From Lingula anatina (lineage: Eukaryota > Animalia > Brachiopoda): 64,000 bases of DNA. A program made the position numbers and the translations under genes. How positions within the stretch are numbered: position 1 is the stretch's first letter; each line of letters starts with the position of its first letter. Positions 24,590 to 39,500 of this stretch are shown one piece after another. The notes under the pieces are model-generated. The model saw only the letters and a list, made by a program, of their open reading frames with translations, searched no databases and was not told the origin of the DNA. Location: contig CM120641.1 of NCBI GenBank assembly GCA_051362555.1, forward strand, positions 3,844,001 through 3,908,000. The letters are read 5' to 3'.

Positions 24590-27500
24590 GTAAGTCAGTA
24601 CTTGTCAAAAAAAGTTACGAGTTGCCACAACTTTTTGATGCCGACTTCTCTGCATGGTGATTAAGCCGGAGTGTGGTTACGGACGCTATTCTTTGATAAG
24701 CCCAAGCAAGATATTAATTTGTTATGATGAATTAAGGAAGAAATTGCGTTTACGATCTAAATGAATCATGGTAGTTTGTTTAAATGTATTTTTCTGTAAA
24801 AATGATTTGCATTATCATTCTTAACCTGTAGACTTCTGACCTGACAGCTTTCCTGTTGCCATATATTAGACTGATGGGGAATCTGTGGGGGTAATATGTT
24901 TTCACTGAGAATACTCTTAGTGCTCTTAGTTTATGTGCTTTGCCTATAATACCTGGGCTGCTATATTGCAAAGGCTAAATTTACCTGGAGCCCAAATATG
25001 GCATCAGCAATATGGGATCTGGTTCACCTGAAACTGTGATCAGCTGATCACTTCTTAGTTATATAGTTTTATTGTATATAACTATTTGTATCTTTTCTGT
25101 GATTCATATGTCACACAAAGATACATATTAGCAAAGTTGTAATTTTTTAAACATCTTTTTGGCATGCTGATAAATCACATTCATCAGCCCATCTGTTGCT
25201 AATAAGACCTAGACTTTTGATGTCGAGTTGAAATTTGCTACTGCAAATCACTTGCAGATAGGTGGCATAATGTGTTACATAATGTAAAAGGTGTGAAGGT
25301 TTTAATTATTTTTTCATGAATAGTTCAATGTGTGAACATGCTGTTGAGATATGTAACTAAGCTTCTGATGCCGCAATTGAATTTCCCCATATAGTCAAAT
25401 TGAGGCCAGGTGAGATACCTGACAAATAGCAACAAGTGGTGTGTAAATATCTTTTCACATAGATTTTATATAAATGAAAAACATTCCGTTGCAAAGGAAA
25501 TATCTTTGAAGGCATCTTGTTACTAATGAAATAGTTCACCTGTCAGAGGTGGAGTGTAAATGATACCCACATGGAGTAATTACATCCAACTTTGTACACC
25601 TTTAAGTTAAACCAAAATAAAGGCATGCCATCATTATTTTCATAACATAGATTGTTAAACAAATTTACTAGCAGTCACTGATATAACTATATAATTTGTC
25701 AGGTCCACAAAAGCAGTAAGAACTGATAGATGAGATGCTATTAAGATAGTGCTTTTATGTTAGTACCACACTCTTTGAACATCACAGCAGGGGCCCCGGC
25801 CTTTTCTTTACATGATCTGACAAATTTCCACCAGGTCCTTATAACCTGGGATTTAGATTAGGTTAATTTTTATCATATCCAGCGTGAAGCACTTGACGGG
25901 GTTATATTTGGGTTCAGATAAAATCACTTTGAAAGATAGTGACCACATTTAGGAGACAATTTGGATTAAAGTATCAAGGCTAATCTTTAATTTGTGAATG
26001 TGTAAACAAATGCTTTCTTGTATAGAAAGGTTGGAATTTTGACTAAATATGGAAAATGTTAAGATTGTAACCAGAATACATCAGTAAGGAGTATGAATCA
26101 TTAAGCAGTACTACAGTTATATATTAGTTGTGGTGAACCATGTCAAGCCGTTTGCATGCAAAAGTATAATTAGATTAAAGTCAAAACAACAATGTCTAAA
26201 TATGGTTTCATGGACATCCCTATGATATGAGTTTTTATGTACAGACACAGATGTGTCTGTACATATTGCCATCACCTGCGTCTGTCGTCGCCGATGGCGA
26301 TGCCGATGGCGATGGCGATGCCGGCGCCGTGCACTTTCCTTGTAAACACGATAAGTGGAAGGCAGTTTCACTTTTTGGCTTTATATTTACAGAGCTGATG
26401 AATATTCATAAAACGCAGGTCAAGTTCGAAAATCAGCATGATCGGGCCATTATTGTAGAAGTTATGCTGTTTTTTTCACTTTTCAGCATATTTTTCACAT
26501 TTCCTCAAATTCAATTCTTAGGCATGTTAACAGTCTCATTATTAAACTAATAAGATACGTAAAAGTGTTTGTTTGACATTTCCTGCATCTTTACAATATT
26601 GTTAGTTGATTTTGTAAAAATGATGGTAAACTTGTTATCATGTATTGTGTAATAAAGTTTCAAAAATGGAAATAAACTCATATCATTGCAGTTTGTCAGA
26701 TTCAATCATTCACTATGTTCAGAATCTCAGAAGGGAAGAAATTGGACATTTAACACTGCTCTGTTGATATTTTTCCCATCTCATCAATTTTCTTAGTTGA
26801 TCATATAAAAATGGCAGTAAACTGTTAATTTTGTTTTATGTTAAAAAATGTTGAAAATGGAAAAAAAAAACATTTCAGAATAGTGCTGTCTTGTTTACAT
26901 TTTGGCATTTTCAAGTTGTGACTTTGAAGTTCCATGGGCCTGAAGACCTTTGCTAGTCACATTTTCTGAATATCCATGATACTAATATTTTATTATTAAA
27001 AATTGATGGTCATCATGCTGTTAAACATTATGTAATATTGCATCAAAATTTGAAAAAAACCTATTTTGGGCACTGCTCCTATGATGACCATTTAAGGGAA
27101 ATCATGTCACTTACTGTTCTCAAACAGTACAGTAAATATATATAGATGTGTCTGTACATATTGCCATCACCTGCGTCTGTCGTCGCCGTCGCCGTCGTTG
27201 CCGTGCACTTTCCTTGTAAACACGATAAGTGGAAGGCAGTTTTACTTTTTGGCTTTATATTTACAGAGCTGATGAATATTCATAAAATGCAGGTCAAGTT
27301 CGAAAATCAGCATGATCGGGCCATTATTGTAGAAGTTATGCTGTTTTTTCACTTTTCAGCATATATGCAACACTGTAAACACATTTCAACAAAAACCGAT
27401 AGGCCTGTTGTCATGAAACTCACAGGAAAAATTGATCTTACTAAAACGCAGGTCAAGTTCAAAAATTGGCATGATCGGGCCACTATTTTAGTAGTTATGC

Positions 27501-30500
27501 TTTTTTTTCTTTTTTCAGCATATATGCAACACTGTAAACACAATATAAGAAAAACAGATAGGCCAATTGTCATTAAACTCACAGGAGTGGTCAATCCTGC
27601 TAAAACGCAGGTTAAGTTCAAAAATCAGCATAATCAGGCCATTAATTTAGAAGTTATGCTGTTTTTTACATTTCCTTAGATTCAATTCTTAGGCATGTTA
27701 ACAGTTTCATTATTTAATTAATAAGATATGTAAAAGTGTTTTTTTGACATTTCCTGCATCTTTACAACATTGTTAGTTGATTTTGTAAAAATGATGTTAA
27801 ACTTGTTATTGTGTATTGTGTAATAAAGTTTCAAAAATGGAAATAAACTCATATCATTGCAGTTTGTCAGATTGAATCATTCACTATGTTCAGAATCTCA
27901 GAATGGAAGAAATTGGACATTTAACACTATTCTATTGATATTTTTCCCATCTCATCAATTTTCTTAGTTGGTCATATAAAAATGGCAGTAAACTGTTAAT
28001 TTTGTTTTATGTTAAAAAAGTGTTAAAAATGGAAATAAACCCATTTCAGAAAAGTGCTGTCTTGTTTACATTTTGGCATTTTCAAGTTGTGGCTTTGAAG
28101 TTCCATGGGCCTGAAAACCTTTGCTAGTCACATTTTCTGAATATCCATGATACTAATATTTTATTCTTAAAAATTGATGGTCATTATGTTGTTAAACATT
28201 ATGTAATATTGCATCAAAATTTGAAAAAAACCTATTTTGGGCACTGCTCCCATGATGACCATTTAAGAAAAACCATGTCACTTACTGTTCTCAAACAGTA
28301 CAGTAAATATGTACAGATGTGTCTGTACATATTGCCATCACCTGCGTCTGTCGTCGCCGTCATCGCCGTTGCCGGCACCTTGCACTTTCATTGTAAACAC
28401 GATAAGTGGAAGGCAGTTTTACTTTTGGGCTTTATATTTAAAGAGCTGATGAATATTCATAAAACGCAGGTCAAGTTCGAAAATCAGCATGATTGGGCCA
28501 TTATTGTAGAAGTTATGCTTTTTTCTTTCACTTTTCAACATATATGCAACACTGTAAACACATTTCAAGGAAAACCAATAGGCCTGTTGTCGTGAAACTC
28601 TAAGGAGTAATCCATCTTACTAAAATGGAGGTCAAGTTCGAAAATCGGCATGCAGCCTGAGTTGGAAAAGCAGTCTAATTGGCTTCTTATTCTGGAAGTT
28701 ATACATTTTCAAAGTGTGAACTTGAACTCTCATGGGCCTGAAGCCTTATGCTTGTTACACATTTTACTTTCATTGGAATTACCTGTTGAGCATAATTAAA
28801 ATTTGATGTTGAATTTACAGTTTAACATAATGTACTTTTGCATCGGAATTGACAATAGCCTATTTTGTGCATAGTAATTTCCTGCTTTTTGTCTGTACAT
28901 TTGACAGCTTTGCTGCCTTGTTACTTAAATGTATGACTTTATTGTCTCTTTGACAATTTGTCGTTTTTATGAACTCTTCAAAGTGACAGACCCTTATGCC
29001 CAAGTCTGACGTTTTCTATACTGCCTGGACCTGTCCTGACTTAATTATAATTGCTGAATTTCTGTACAGGCCTTTCAAGGACAAAAAATGTAATTTGATA
29101 TTATTTTTAACTTTTTGCTAGGATTTTGTGTGGTAAAACCAGCTGCTGGTGTCATTCACTTGAACTTGGTATGGATCATGTTATTGATATGTTCAGGATA
29201 GTGATATTATCTTGAGTAGGTTGTTGAAGTTCCATTAGTCTTGAAACTAAGGGCGAGTTTCCATTAAAGTTGGAACAGTTAAACTTGTGCACACTTTATC
29301 AGTGGATGTAAAAGTACACTGTATTTTGTAATCATGTGAAGCCTGTCTTACAGCACATGGTTTGCCTCAGTTACAGTGGTTGTGGACAGAATAGCACAGG
29401 GATTGGATTACTTTTCAAATTTCTGTGAATAGATTTGGTAATCAAGTAATCTACTGGGCTATCAGGTACTAAATTGACGGGTCCTAACTTGATTAGGAAT
29501 ATTCCTCAAATAATATAATGCTTGAATTCAGCTTATATGCCAAGTTTTACAAAATGGCTATTTTATTCATTTGGCCAAAACATAATAGTTGATCAAAACA
29601 TTTACAGTATAGATGTCCATTCTAGTTTTCAGCCTATTGATAAATAGATTTATGGCCAGAAAGATATTTCATGTAATGATCCAAGTAAAGGTTATCCTGG
29701 TATGTTGTAATCACTTTGCCATTTAGAAAAGAGGAAATTTCCTAACTGTCTATGGTCTGCTTATCTTGGCAACTCACTTAGGTCTTCTAAATAGGACAAA
29801 AGGTAGAGATATATCTGTAACAGGAAATAATATTATTGTGTGTGTGTGTGTGTGTGTGTTATCCCTGATCATCTCACACCAGACATTCATGTATAATAAC
29901 AAAATACAGAATTTATTTTGAAGAAAATGTCCGTTTGTGAAATTAACTGAGAGAGAGAGAGAGAGAATTCTCCCTATTAAAAATGTTCTGTAGGATCCTA
30001 TAGGACTTTTTTATTAGGGGGAGAGAGAGAGACTGATATGAGTAAGCTTGAGGATGTGACAGCAATGGAGGGAATGCAGACAGATAGATAGGGAGCCCTC
30101 TCTATGATTATAGAGGCATGCCATTGATAACCTTTGGTGACTTTGATGCTGTTGCTACAGGAGTCCTTTGGATAACTTGGCTATGCAGTGACACTCTCGT
30201 ATCACTTTGTTTCATAGATATCAGGCAAGTCTTCAAGGCGGCCTTATAACACTTCAGATATGTATAACATGTCATTATCCCTTGATGTCTTTTTAACACA
30301 TATATTTAAGAGATGGAGGGAGTGAGGATTTTTTTTTTCAAAAGATGATCGAAATATTGTAAACAAATGCAATCTTAACACAAAATCTAAAGAAGGACCA
30401 GGATTCTTCCTGAAGGTTTACCACAGTGACAAGTATGAATTCATGCACCCATCCTTTCTTATATAACTTCAGAAAATGACTTCTACTCCAGACCTACGGT

Positions 30501-33500
30501 AATACTCACAGTTTTCAAACACCATACTGACTTCAAAATATCCTTTATTTCTTTTGTTTGAACTAATTGCAGTTATTGAAAAATATTTATGTACGTGTAT
30601 TAGTTATTAATTAACACATCTTTCTATGTGGGACTTTTTAATCATATTTTCAGGTGTCAACTTGAGGAAATCTGATTAATTGATTTAGTTCAACTTAAGT
30701 GAAAAATTATCATGTCAAAGGATGGTATACTGTGGTTTCTAAGAATACTTTGCTCTGTCAGAATCTACGTTTTATATGAAATAGTACCCAGCATGGGGAA
30801 TTAATTGATTTACCCTCATACACTGTGAGATAAATCACGCCACAGGGATCCTTTCACCTGTGTCGTTGTGTCGTCATTTTAGGCAAGACTGCACCTGAAT
30901 CTGGGGCTGGATTTTATAAAACAACTCAGGACTGAATGTAACTGAAGAATTTTGTTCATTTAAAACTGGGATAAAATCTGTAGCAGTCCACAAAAATAAA
31001 GTGACCATTTATCTTCAATATGAACCATTTCCTTCTTTTTATGTACCAGGCTTGATTTTTCATGTAAGTGGACTTCTTCAGCTTTATATAGGGTCAAAGT
31101 AGACTAAACATTTTGGGCTTAAAGTTTAGACCGACTTTCAGTCTGAAGTTCTTCTGTGCAACCAGGCCCTGAGAGAACTCCAGGTCACAGAATTTGATTA
31201 AGACCCCTTTGGAATGCATATGACATAGAAAACAGCTGAAATGAAATGTGTACTTAAAATTGGCAGTGGCAATTTAAGTAAATATTTAGCAAATGCTTGT
31301 GAAAAATTGCTCTCTTTAGAGGCATTTTTTATAATTCATGTTTAGAATTAAACTAACAGACCATTAATGCAATACTTTTATTGCTATTTAATGCTGGAGG
31401 ATTAAGTAGATATGACCAGTCTGGTTAGGATAGAGTCTGGCTCATGCTATCTCAAGTATATAGCGGGTGCTTGGGTACTAGTAATAGACTGACCCCCCCC
31501 CCTCCCCTGTGTGAGTGTGTGTCCACTTCAGAGTGCATGACTGACCAGCATTACAATTAAATGAGTTTTCATTCTTAATGTTTTGAGTCCAGTGTGGTGG
31601 CCCCTGAGTGGCATGCAATTTAACTTGATAGTCATCAAAAGTCAATTGGATGGCGAAGATAAATAGGATGTCTTTTACTGCAATAAATGGATTGGGGTTG
31701 TTATTTGTTGAGTACATGTACCAGTACATATAATGCACAGTGTCATTTGAAAAGTGATTGAAATACAGCATGCACAATTAATATAAATATTTCAAGGAAT
31801 GTCTGTCTGAATACTAGTCTAATGTAGAACAGGTATTCAGGTATTTAATACTTATGAAAGGGTAGAAAAATTAAAAATAAAAAAAAAAACTTTCCTGTTT
31901 CACTTCATCAAAATACCACCTTCTTCTTAGAAAGAAATAGTTGGATGTTTGCAAACATTAACTTATCAAAATATTTACCTCATGTTATAAAAATACAAAT
32001 TACTTCTATCTTTTTCTTTCATTCTGCTAAAAGCTTTCATTTTCATTAGGTCTAACTCTTTAAAGTGAAAGGTTGAAATACTCATTTAAAGAAATCTGAG
32101 AGAATGTATAGGTGTGAACTACTTTCAGAAAAGTTTTTCCTGAGACAGTCGGCCAAGATAAAGAGGAAAGATTCAGTTATAATTTCTTTTGGTTGCATGT
32201 CACCCTTACCCAGTGTCACTGTCTGTTTTCTTTGTTTATAATGCAGACCTACCTAGTCTGGGGCATTGTGGTCACCAACATTGACCACACAACAGATAGG
32301 AGGAGGTATTTCCTTTGAAGCAAAAGGGGAGGGGAGTAAATTAGGTGAATAACATGGCTGGATAATTATCAGGGATCTCTTGAATGAAGTCAGAGGTTAG
32401 CATACTGGTCAACCACTTCCTTACATTTTTAAGGAAATATGGCTGTGCCTATTGAGTTCAGTTTTAGAGCATGCATATTTCCTTCATAACTCATTGGTAC
32501 AGCTACTGTGTATTGTCAGTGACAGATGTGAAAGTGGTAGTGGTAGGTGTCATTTGGTGGTCACCCCCACCCCCACCCCAACGCCCTTTTCATGCCCTTA
32601 TTGTAAAACTAGTCTTTTAAACACTAGGAATATTGTCAGATGTCCCTCCCTATAGTATTTATATTTTAATGTTACCCCCCCCCCCCACCACACTTACCCA
32701 AATCAACAATGTTGCCAGTGTGTATATTATAATATACATCTTCTGTGGAGGCAGTGGGCTTTGACACAGAATATATGCACCCATGTGTATTGAAATTATC
32801 CTCTACATTGATGTCAATTTCAGGCTTGAGGTGGGACAAGAAATGCAATAGATTATCATCCGTACAACTGACTCTGTTATTATTATAGTATGTGATTCAC
32901 CTTCATGAATTGAACATTAAGATTTTCTTCCTTTGTAGAGTTGAAATAAGAAAATAAATCTTAGAGTGGACTTTTTAAAACGTGTATTGTTAGAGTCACA
33001 ACATATAATATTTGAAGTTTAGTACATAACACAAGTATTGTTCTTTATGATTTATCGGCATACCAGAATATATATCTGCTAAGTGAAATTTGTAATATAT
33101 TGACCTATTAGCTCAACCCATTGTCACCCTGCCTTGTGTACACAGTGTTAGGAGGAGGCATAAATTATACATTCTTCATTAACTTTCAACTTTAAGTGTT
33201 ATGTACCTTTACCAATTTATTGCTTTCATGTCAGCTGCTGTGGATATTTCAAATTCAAAAATTATAATATCTTTGTTTCATGAAAATCAGATTAATGTCA
33301 TATTTTGTGCTCTGGACACTATTAATAAAATAATATAATTAAAAAATACTGACTTAAAAAGATTGAGAATGGAAATATATGGTTAAATTTTGTATATAAT
33401 ACTATAGGCATAAAAAAGATACCTATCACATATATGGTGTGACCTGTATGAAGTAATGGAATACTTAAACAACTGGGTGTCTGCTTTACATGTTCAATCA

Positions 33501-36500
33501 TGAGGTATTACACAGAATGTAATTTTCCAGTTTATTGTCACTGCACACACAGGAGCAACAAATACACACGTATGATAAGTTTCATTGGTGCCTCCTAAGG
33601 ATGAGGTGAAGGGTGATGGTTGTTATGAAAATATCCCTGCAGCGTTAAGTTTGTGGAATAATAACTTTTGATTTCATCTCAGTGGACTGTTTGAGTTTGC
33701 CATGCATACCTTAACCTTTACTGTGTTATATGTGTGTTCATATTGGCATAATTCTTTTATGCACCTTGAAGAGTGAGTCTCCATTGCAGAAAATATAAAT
33801 GTCATCAAATAGTATTTTGTAATAATGGCACTACAGTTACTTGACTTTACTTTTTGCTGTGTTTATATTTCTTTTGTTTGTGAAGAATGCTGGCATTTTA
33901 TATAAAGCACCCCTCGAAAAATTCCAAGATTTGGAATGTCCCACCTGTGACATACTAGTGGTAAGGTGGTATATATAAGTCAGGTGCAAAGGAATTCTGC
34001 CTGTACCTATGATATATGGGATATTTGTCTTCATGGCAAATGCTCTTAAACACTTAAAAGACATTAAATGAGAACATTTGCTTCTTTGAAAGATGTCATT
34101 ATTGTTCAAGATGTGCTGTCAGGTGATTTATCTTACCTGTCTCACCTGTCATCAAAAATTTGATACACCTGAGGAATCAGTGCAACATGGGCTGCCTAAT
34201 TTGTGCAATGTTGATATATATTTTGATTATAATTGTTTCTGTATATGGCCAACTGTCTTGCTAATGTATATACCAGTAGCTTTATTGTAAGAAGAATGAT
34301 GTATCCCACTGAAATTATTGCTAGATTGGCAAAGATTTTGTCAGTAAAAAAGCAGAAGAATATATATATCAGGAGTAATTTATACTGTTAATACTTTCCT
34401 CAAACATGACATCTTGAAATTTTGATAACCTTAGTGGGTGTGTGTCACCCATTTCACATTACTGCACATATCTCACACTGCTGTGATATTAATGTTAATA
34501 CATCATTTATAAAAATGAATCATATTGCAATATAGCAATATTTCAATATAGAATTAGAAATAGAATCACACCTACAAGGCCAAATCCTGTTGATAAAACA
34601 TTGTATTACTATATAACAGTTATGTTATATCAATCTGTTTGTTACCAAAATAGAACTTTTTATGTTGGATAGGAATGGGGTGAAGTAATATTCTCAAGAA
34701 GAAATGAGTGAATTGCAAATATATGTTTATTCCATTTGCCTGGACTCTTCATACAAATCAAAGCTATAATATTGACCTTCAAGCCCAAAAAGTCTTTCAG
34801 TTTTTATCTGGCTTTGCATGAGTGTTTGCAGATTGGTTAAAAAAAAAAAAACTCCAGAGGATCAGCTCCTTGGTGTTCCAGGCCCAGAACATATGAAACT
34901 AAGCAAGGTTTAATCAAAATATTTGATCTAAAGATTAAGGATCAATGGAAGTGAAATAAAAGACAAATTGCATCCAGCCAGCTTTGATGGAGATGTCAGG
35001 TTAAATAAGGGTATGAGGGAAACTTGAGGAGTGGGAGACCTGTCTTGAGGGGGGATTGTTATTTCAGCATCTCTAGTATATCTTTCACATTCTTTGGAGG
35101 GAGGGTATGAGAAGAGCATTGATGCAGAAAATAGTCTTGATAAGTAAAATAATACTAGTGAATTCATGTGGAAAAAGTATCTATACATGAGCTTTTTGGA
35201 TGTGTTCACAAACAGTCTCTCCCCCTTGTTAAAAGTGTTTTGGAAGTTGTCAAGTTTCCGATGTGGTTACTGAAATAAAAGGAGACAGAATTCACTGAAT
35301 GTTCTCCCAGACATTTGTTGGCATTTTTGGACAATGATTCAGAAAAGTTCACAGTCTAAAACCTGACTTGAGATTAAAACAATTCACTAGGGAGTTGAAA
35401 TAGCATTAGGAAGCACAGTTCTTGCAGTTAATGAGAATGTTTCATGACCCGTTTTCCTGTATGGAAGCATGAGGCAATAGAATTTTAATTAGAAATTACC
35501 TTGAAAACTAATAGCAGTTCAGTGACATAACTTACAAGGATAATGAAGATAAAACTAACTGATAATCACCTTTTAAGGACTAGTTGTACTAGTAAATTTA
35601 AAAATATTGATTGATGCTTATTCTGTGTTTGCATGTATAACATCCACAATATGTGACATGTTTTACTGCAGTATAACTATATTATAAGTTTTTTATAACT
35701 ATATATATTATATTGGACATTGAACCAATCATTCTGCGTTTCTCATAATATGTAGCAAATAGTTTCTTTAAGTAACATTTTTATTACATATGTGATGTAA
35801 GAAGTTGAAACATTGTAACATCATTTGACAACATTGTATCTTACTTGCAGGTGAACCCTGGCAGTGTGGCAGAACGCTGTGGTCTGCACCCTGGGGATGC
35901 CGTGCTGCAGATTAATGGTCAGAATGCTGACTACATGGAACATGAACAGGCTAAGAAGGAGATCGTCAGGGCAGGGAACCAGGTAGAATTTATAGTAGAA
36001 AGGTAAGTTCATGAGAAGATAAAGTGGGAATGATTGAATTGGGACCACTTGTAGAGTTAGTTTGAAAGAGGTGTTCAAGGGATCAGTAGATCATGCGTGT
36101 GGTCACGGTTTTATGCGGTCAATTATGATATTGCCTTTAAAGTATTTGTAGATTAACAGATACATATTGAATGTTGGTATTAGAAACAGAATTGCAATAT
36201 CAAGTGGAAACCACTAATCCCATATTCTCCTAAGTAAGGTAAAACAATCTTGATGTAATTTGAGAAGTATGTACATTATTTGATAATGTGACATAACATG
36301 TGATTGTGAAAAAAATAAACATAAACCTTCATCTGAGGGGTTCTATTACATTACATAGACTAAATAGACTCAGGGTATCAAAAGTAAATAGTCCCCAGTG
36401 ACTCACAAATTTATTTTTGATATTTGTATCATCTGTATATATATACATACATGTGAGTCACAGTGATAAGCTATTTTGGTACTTTTAGTAAGCTGTTTCT

Positions 36501-39500
36501 TAAATATAACAGTATGGTTGATGCCAGAGGTTGTTTTCCTCGGCACAAGTCTGACATTTTACGTAGTCTTTATTTTAAAGTGTGAAGAAAACCAGCTTCT
36601 TTCTTTTTGTTAATCTTTGAATGCAGAATAAGTGGTTAGATTCAAGAGTGTTACACGTGCCACTCAACATTTTCCAGGCTCTTTCTGACACGCAGCCACA
36701 CATATATTTGAATTAACAAGTAAATTGTGTTTGTATTCCCATTAAGAGTTTCGTTGAAGACTGTCTCCATCAATCAGAAGTGACTTTCCCTTGTTTGATT
36801 TGAATGGAAGATCAAACTTGAATGATTAGACTAAAAATATGTTTTTTGATGTCTTTATAGGGCCTATTCTATTTTTAAAAGAGGAAAGAATGATGTTAAC
36901 TGTGTTATGTCAGGCCCGTAGCCAGCAAATTCAAAAGGGGGGTTCTTTTTCTGAAAAAGTGGACCTTTTATAATGAAACTTATGTGTACCTAGATCAAAT
37001 TTCACCCAAAATGGACCTTTTCCTGACAAAAGGGGTGGTTCTTTCGAACCTCCAAACCCCCCTGGCTACGGGCCTGTATGTACTGTATATAAATACCGAT
37101 GTCACAGTACTTGGCAAGTGTGTATTAGTTTGTTATTGTGCTGGAATCATTGTATTAAAAGGTGCCTAAAGCAACAACTGACACAGTACCTCCAGCCAGT
37201 TATATTCCCTCAGGTCATGTTAGATGAGCCAAACATAGTAATTATTTAACAATCATATTCTGATGGGAATTGGAAAATGAGTATATCATTTGGTTGTTCA
37301 AATAATAAAAATTGTGTTCATATCTTTTATAATTACTTGCAATAGTACATTAAGAATTTGAAACACTGAGGCTATCTTAATCAAATTGAAGTTAGAGATT
37401 AAATGTTTTACAAGTCTGGTTGTTGAAATAGTTGTTCATAATTGCTAATAATATTGTTTTACAGAGGTGGGGTTAGAATTTGGAAACCCAAAGTCACGCC
37501 CATGTCTGAACTGCGACCTGGGGAGCTGCAGACCCATGGCGTTCCTAATGAACCAGCTCCTATACAGAGGACATCACTGGCACACCATGAAATACAGGTA
37601 GATAGTAGTGCTTTTAACACAGTGTCTCAACTTACACAATGTCACAACAAACACAATGTCACAGCTAACACAATGTAATATGCATTGTGCTGCCTCAGGT
37701 CACACAATGGTACACAATGTGTGATGTCACATGTAATACACCTTGTGTACTATCTTGCCTGTCATAACATCAAACCCAATGTAGTGGTATAGCATATGTG
37801 CTGTCACTTCAAGCATAGCAACATAACAAACACTGTGTTATATCAGATGTTATGCACACCAAGCACAATGTCTCACCAAGTGCAAAGTCACACCTAACAC
37901 AATCAAATCTTTAACTGGGCTACACTTCCACACTTTAGCATTTATAAACTTGGCACTCCTCTTTTGAAGTATTTTCCGATAATTCTATTTGTATGGTGTG
38001 ATGCAAGCTACCAGATGATGAGTGAAGTGTATCAGTGCCCATATGACATTTAGACGGAAAATTTGCTCAATTTTAACTTTCAACATGCAGATGCATACAC
38101 ACACATCATTTCCACTCATAATGTTCTCTTTGTTTTTATCCTAAAATATTCTTCCAATGCATAACTACATTTTACACTATTCATGATGAGTTGCCAAGCT
38201 ACACCATGTGATTGAGCCATATGTTAGGAGCAGGTGTAGGATTGAGATCTGGTTGGAGGCCAGATGTTGCAGCAGATTGGCAGTCTAAGCTCATGTCATT
38301 TTTATTGTCATCATGCAAGCAAGACCAGTCTCAAGTACATGTAATAGGAAGAAACAACTCTTAAGGAAAATCCAGTTTAGTAAACATCGTGACAGTCTTG
38401 AGTGCCCTGAAACCAATTGTGGTTTCTCCAGAAAACCAGTTCTTCCCACTACTACTGCTACACACTCATGCAGCTGTGAAAGATTCATATTTAGATTTAA
38501 CCTAGAAGCAAAAAAGTATTTTTGGTTTTTATATGTAGACAGTCTGGGAACAGAGAATAACAAATTTATTCAAGACAGACCATACTTGTTGTTGAGGTGA
38601 AATTATCTGATTTAAAAAAATCCTGTGTCTATCTTGCCTAATGGTGATTGAATCTATTTTTTATATTATAAATTTTTTTGCCTGTATATGTACAATCTTT
38701 GGTATTTAGTTGCTGTTCATCATATTCAGTTGACATTTCCAACATGTCTGTATGACCTACAATTTTAGTAAAAAAAATTCAGAAAACATCTTCAGCACCA
38801 GCTTACGTTTTGCATTTTTATGTGCTCTATTTGAGTAGATCTGCATTGCCTCACCTAACAGGGTTCATAACAAATCTTAACAAATCAACACATTAGGAGA
38901 GCCAGCCTTAGACTTGATTTCTAGCTTAAAAAAAGATTTGATGTCTGTGACATTCAATTATACCAGCACCATCAGAACTGACATTTTCAAAAGGCATTAA
39001 GACCAGCAAAACTTTATGTGGTGTTTTTTTGCCAACATCCACTTATACAATGTTCATGGTCTTTCTCTGTGTCTTGTTTTGGAAGGTCTCTATGCTGGGA
39101 GGAAATTGATCTGGGAATTTGGCCCTAGAGATGATGATTCACATATTTTTCATGAAAGCAAGCTGTCTCAGGTGAAACTGTGCCATAACATAGGATTTCT
39201 TCCAACATTAGCTAACCATTACTCCTCTGAGCAAGGTTCCAAAGAGTTCTCTTGGACACCAAAAGATAGACATTCGCTTATCCTAAATGGAAATAGATCA
39301 AAACCCTTAGTCTTTAAGTTGATGAAGACCAACTTTCAGCCTTATATTATTTTATAAAAAAAGCCCATGTGAAGTTAAAGGATTGTGAGGAGTGATTTGC
39401 AGTTGTTAATGATGTGCACTATTCATAAAAGAACTCTGTAAAAAAAAAAAGACAAAATTGCTTGAATCTATGCAAAGATGCACATGCACATTGAAAGATA

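Noticed and set aside
26117-28595. ORFs of 84-177 aa in gene 2 intron 1
   Set aside because: Translations of non-autonomous repeat units with no Rep/helicase or other domain similarity.
11343-35850. Near-equal intron 1 lengths of genes 1 and 2 (11493 vs 11261 bp)
   Set aside because: The equality depends on a recent 2.8-kb LTR insertion; coincidental.
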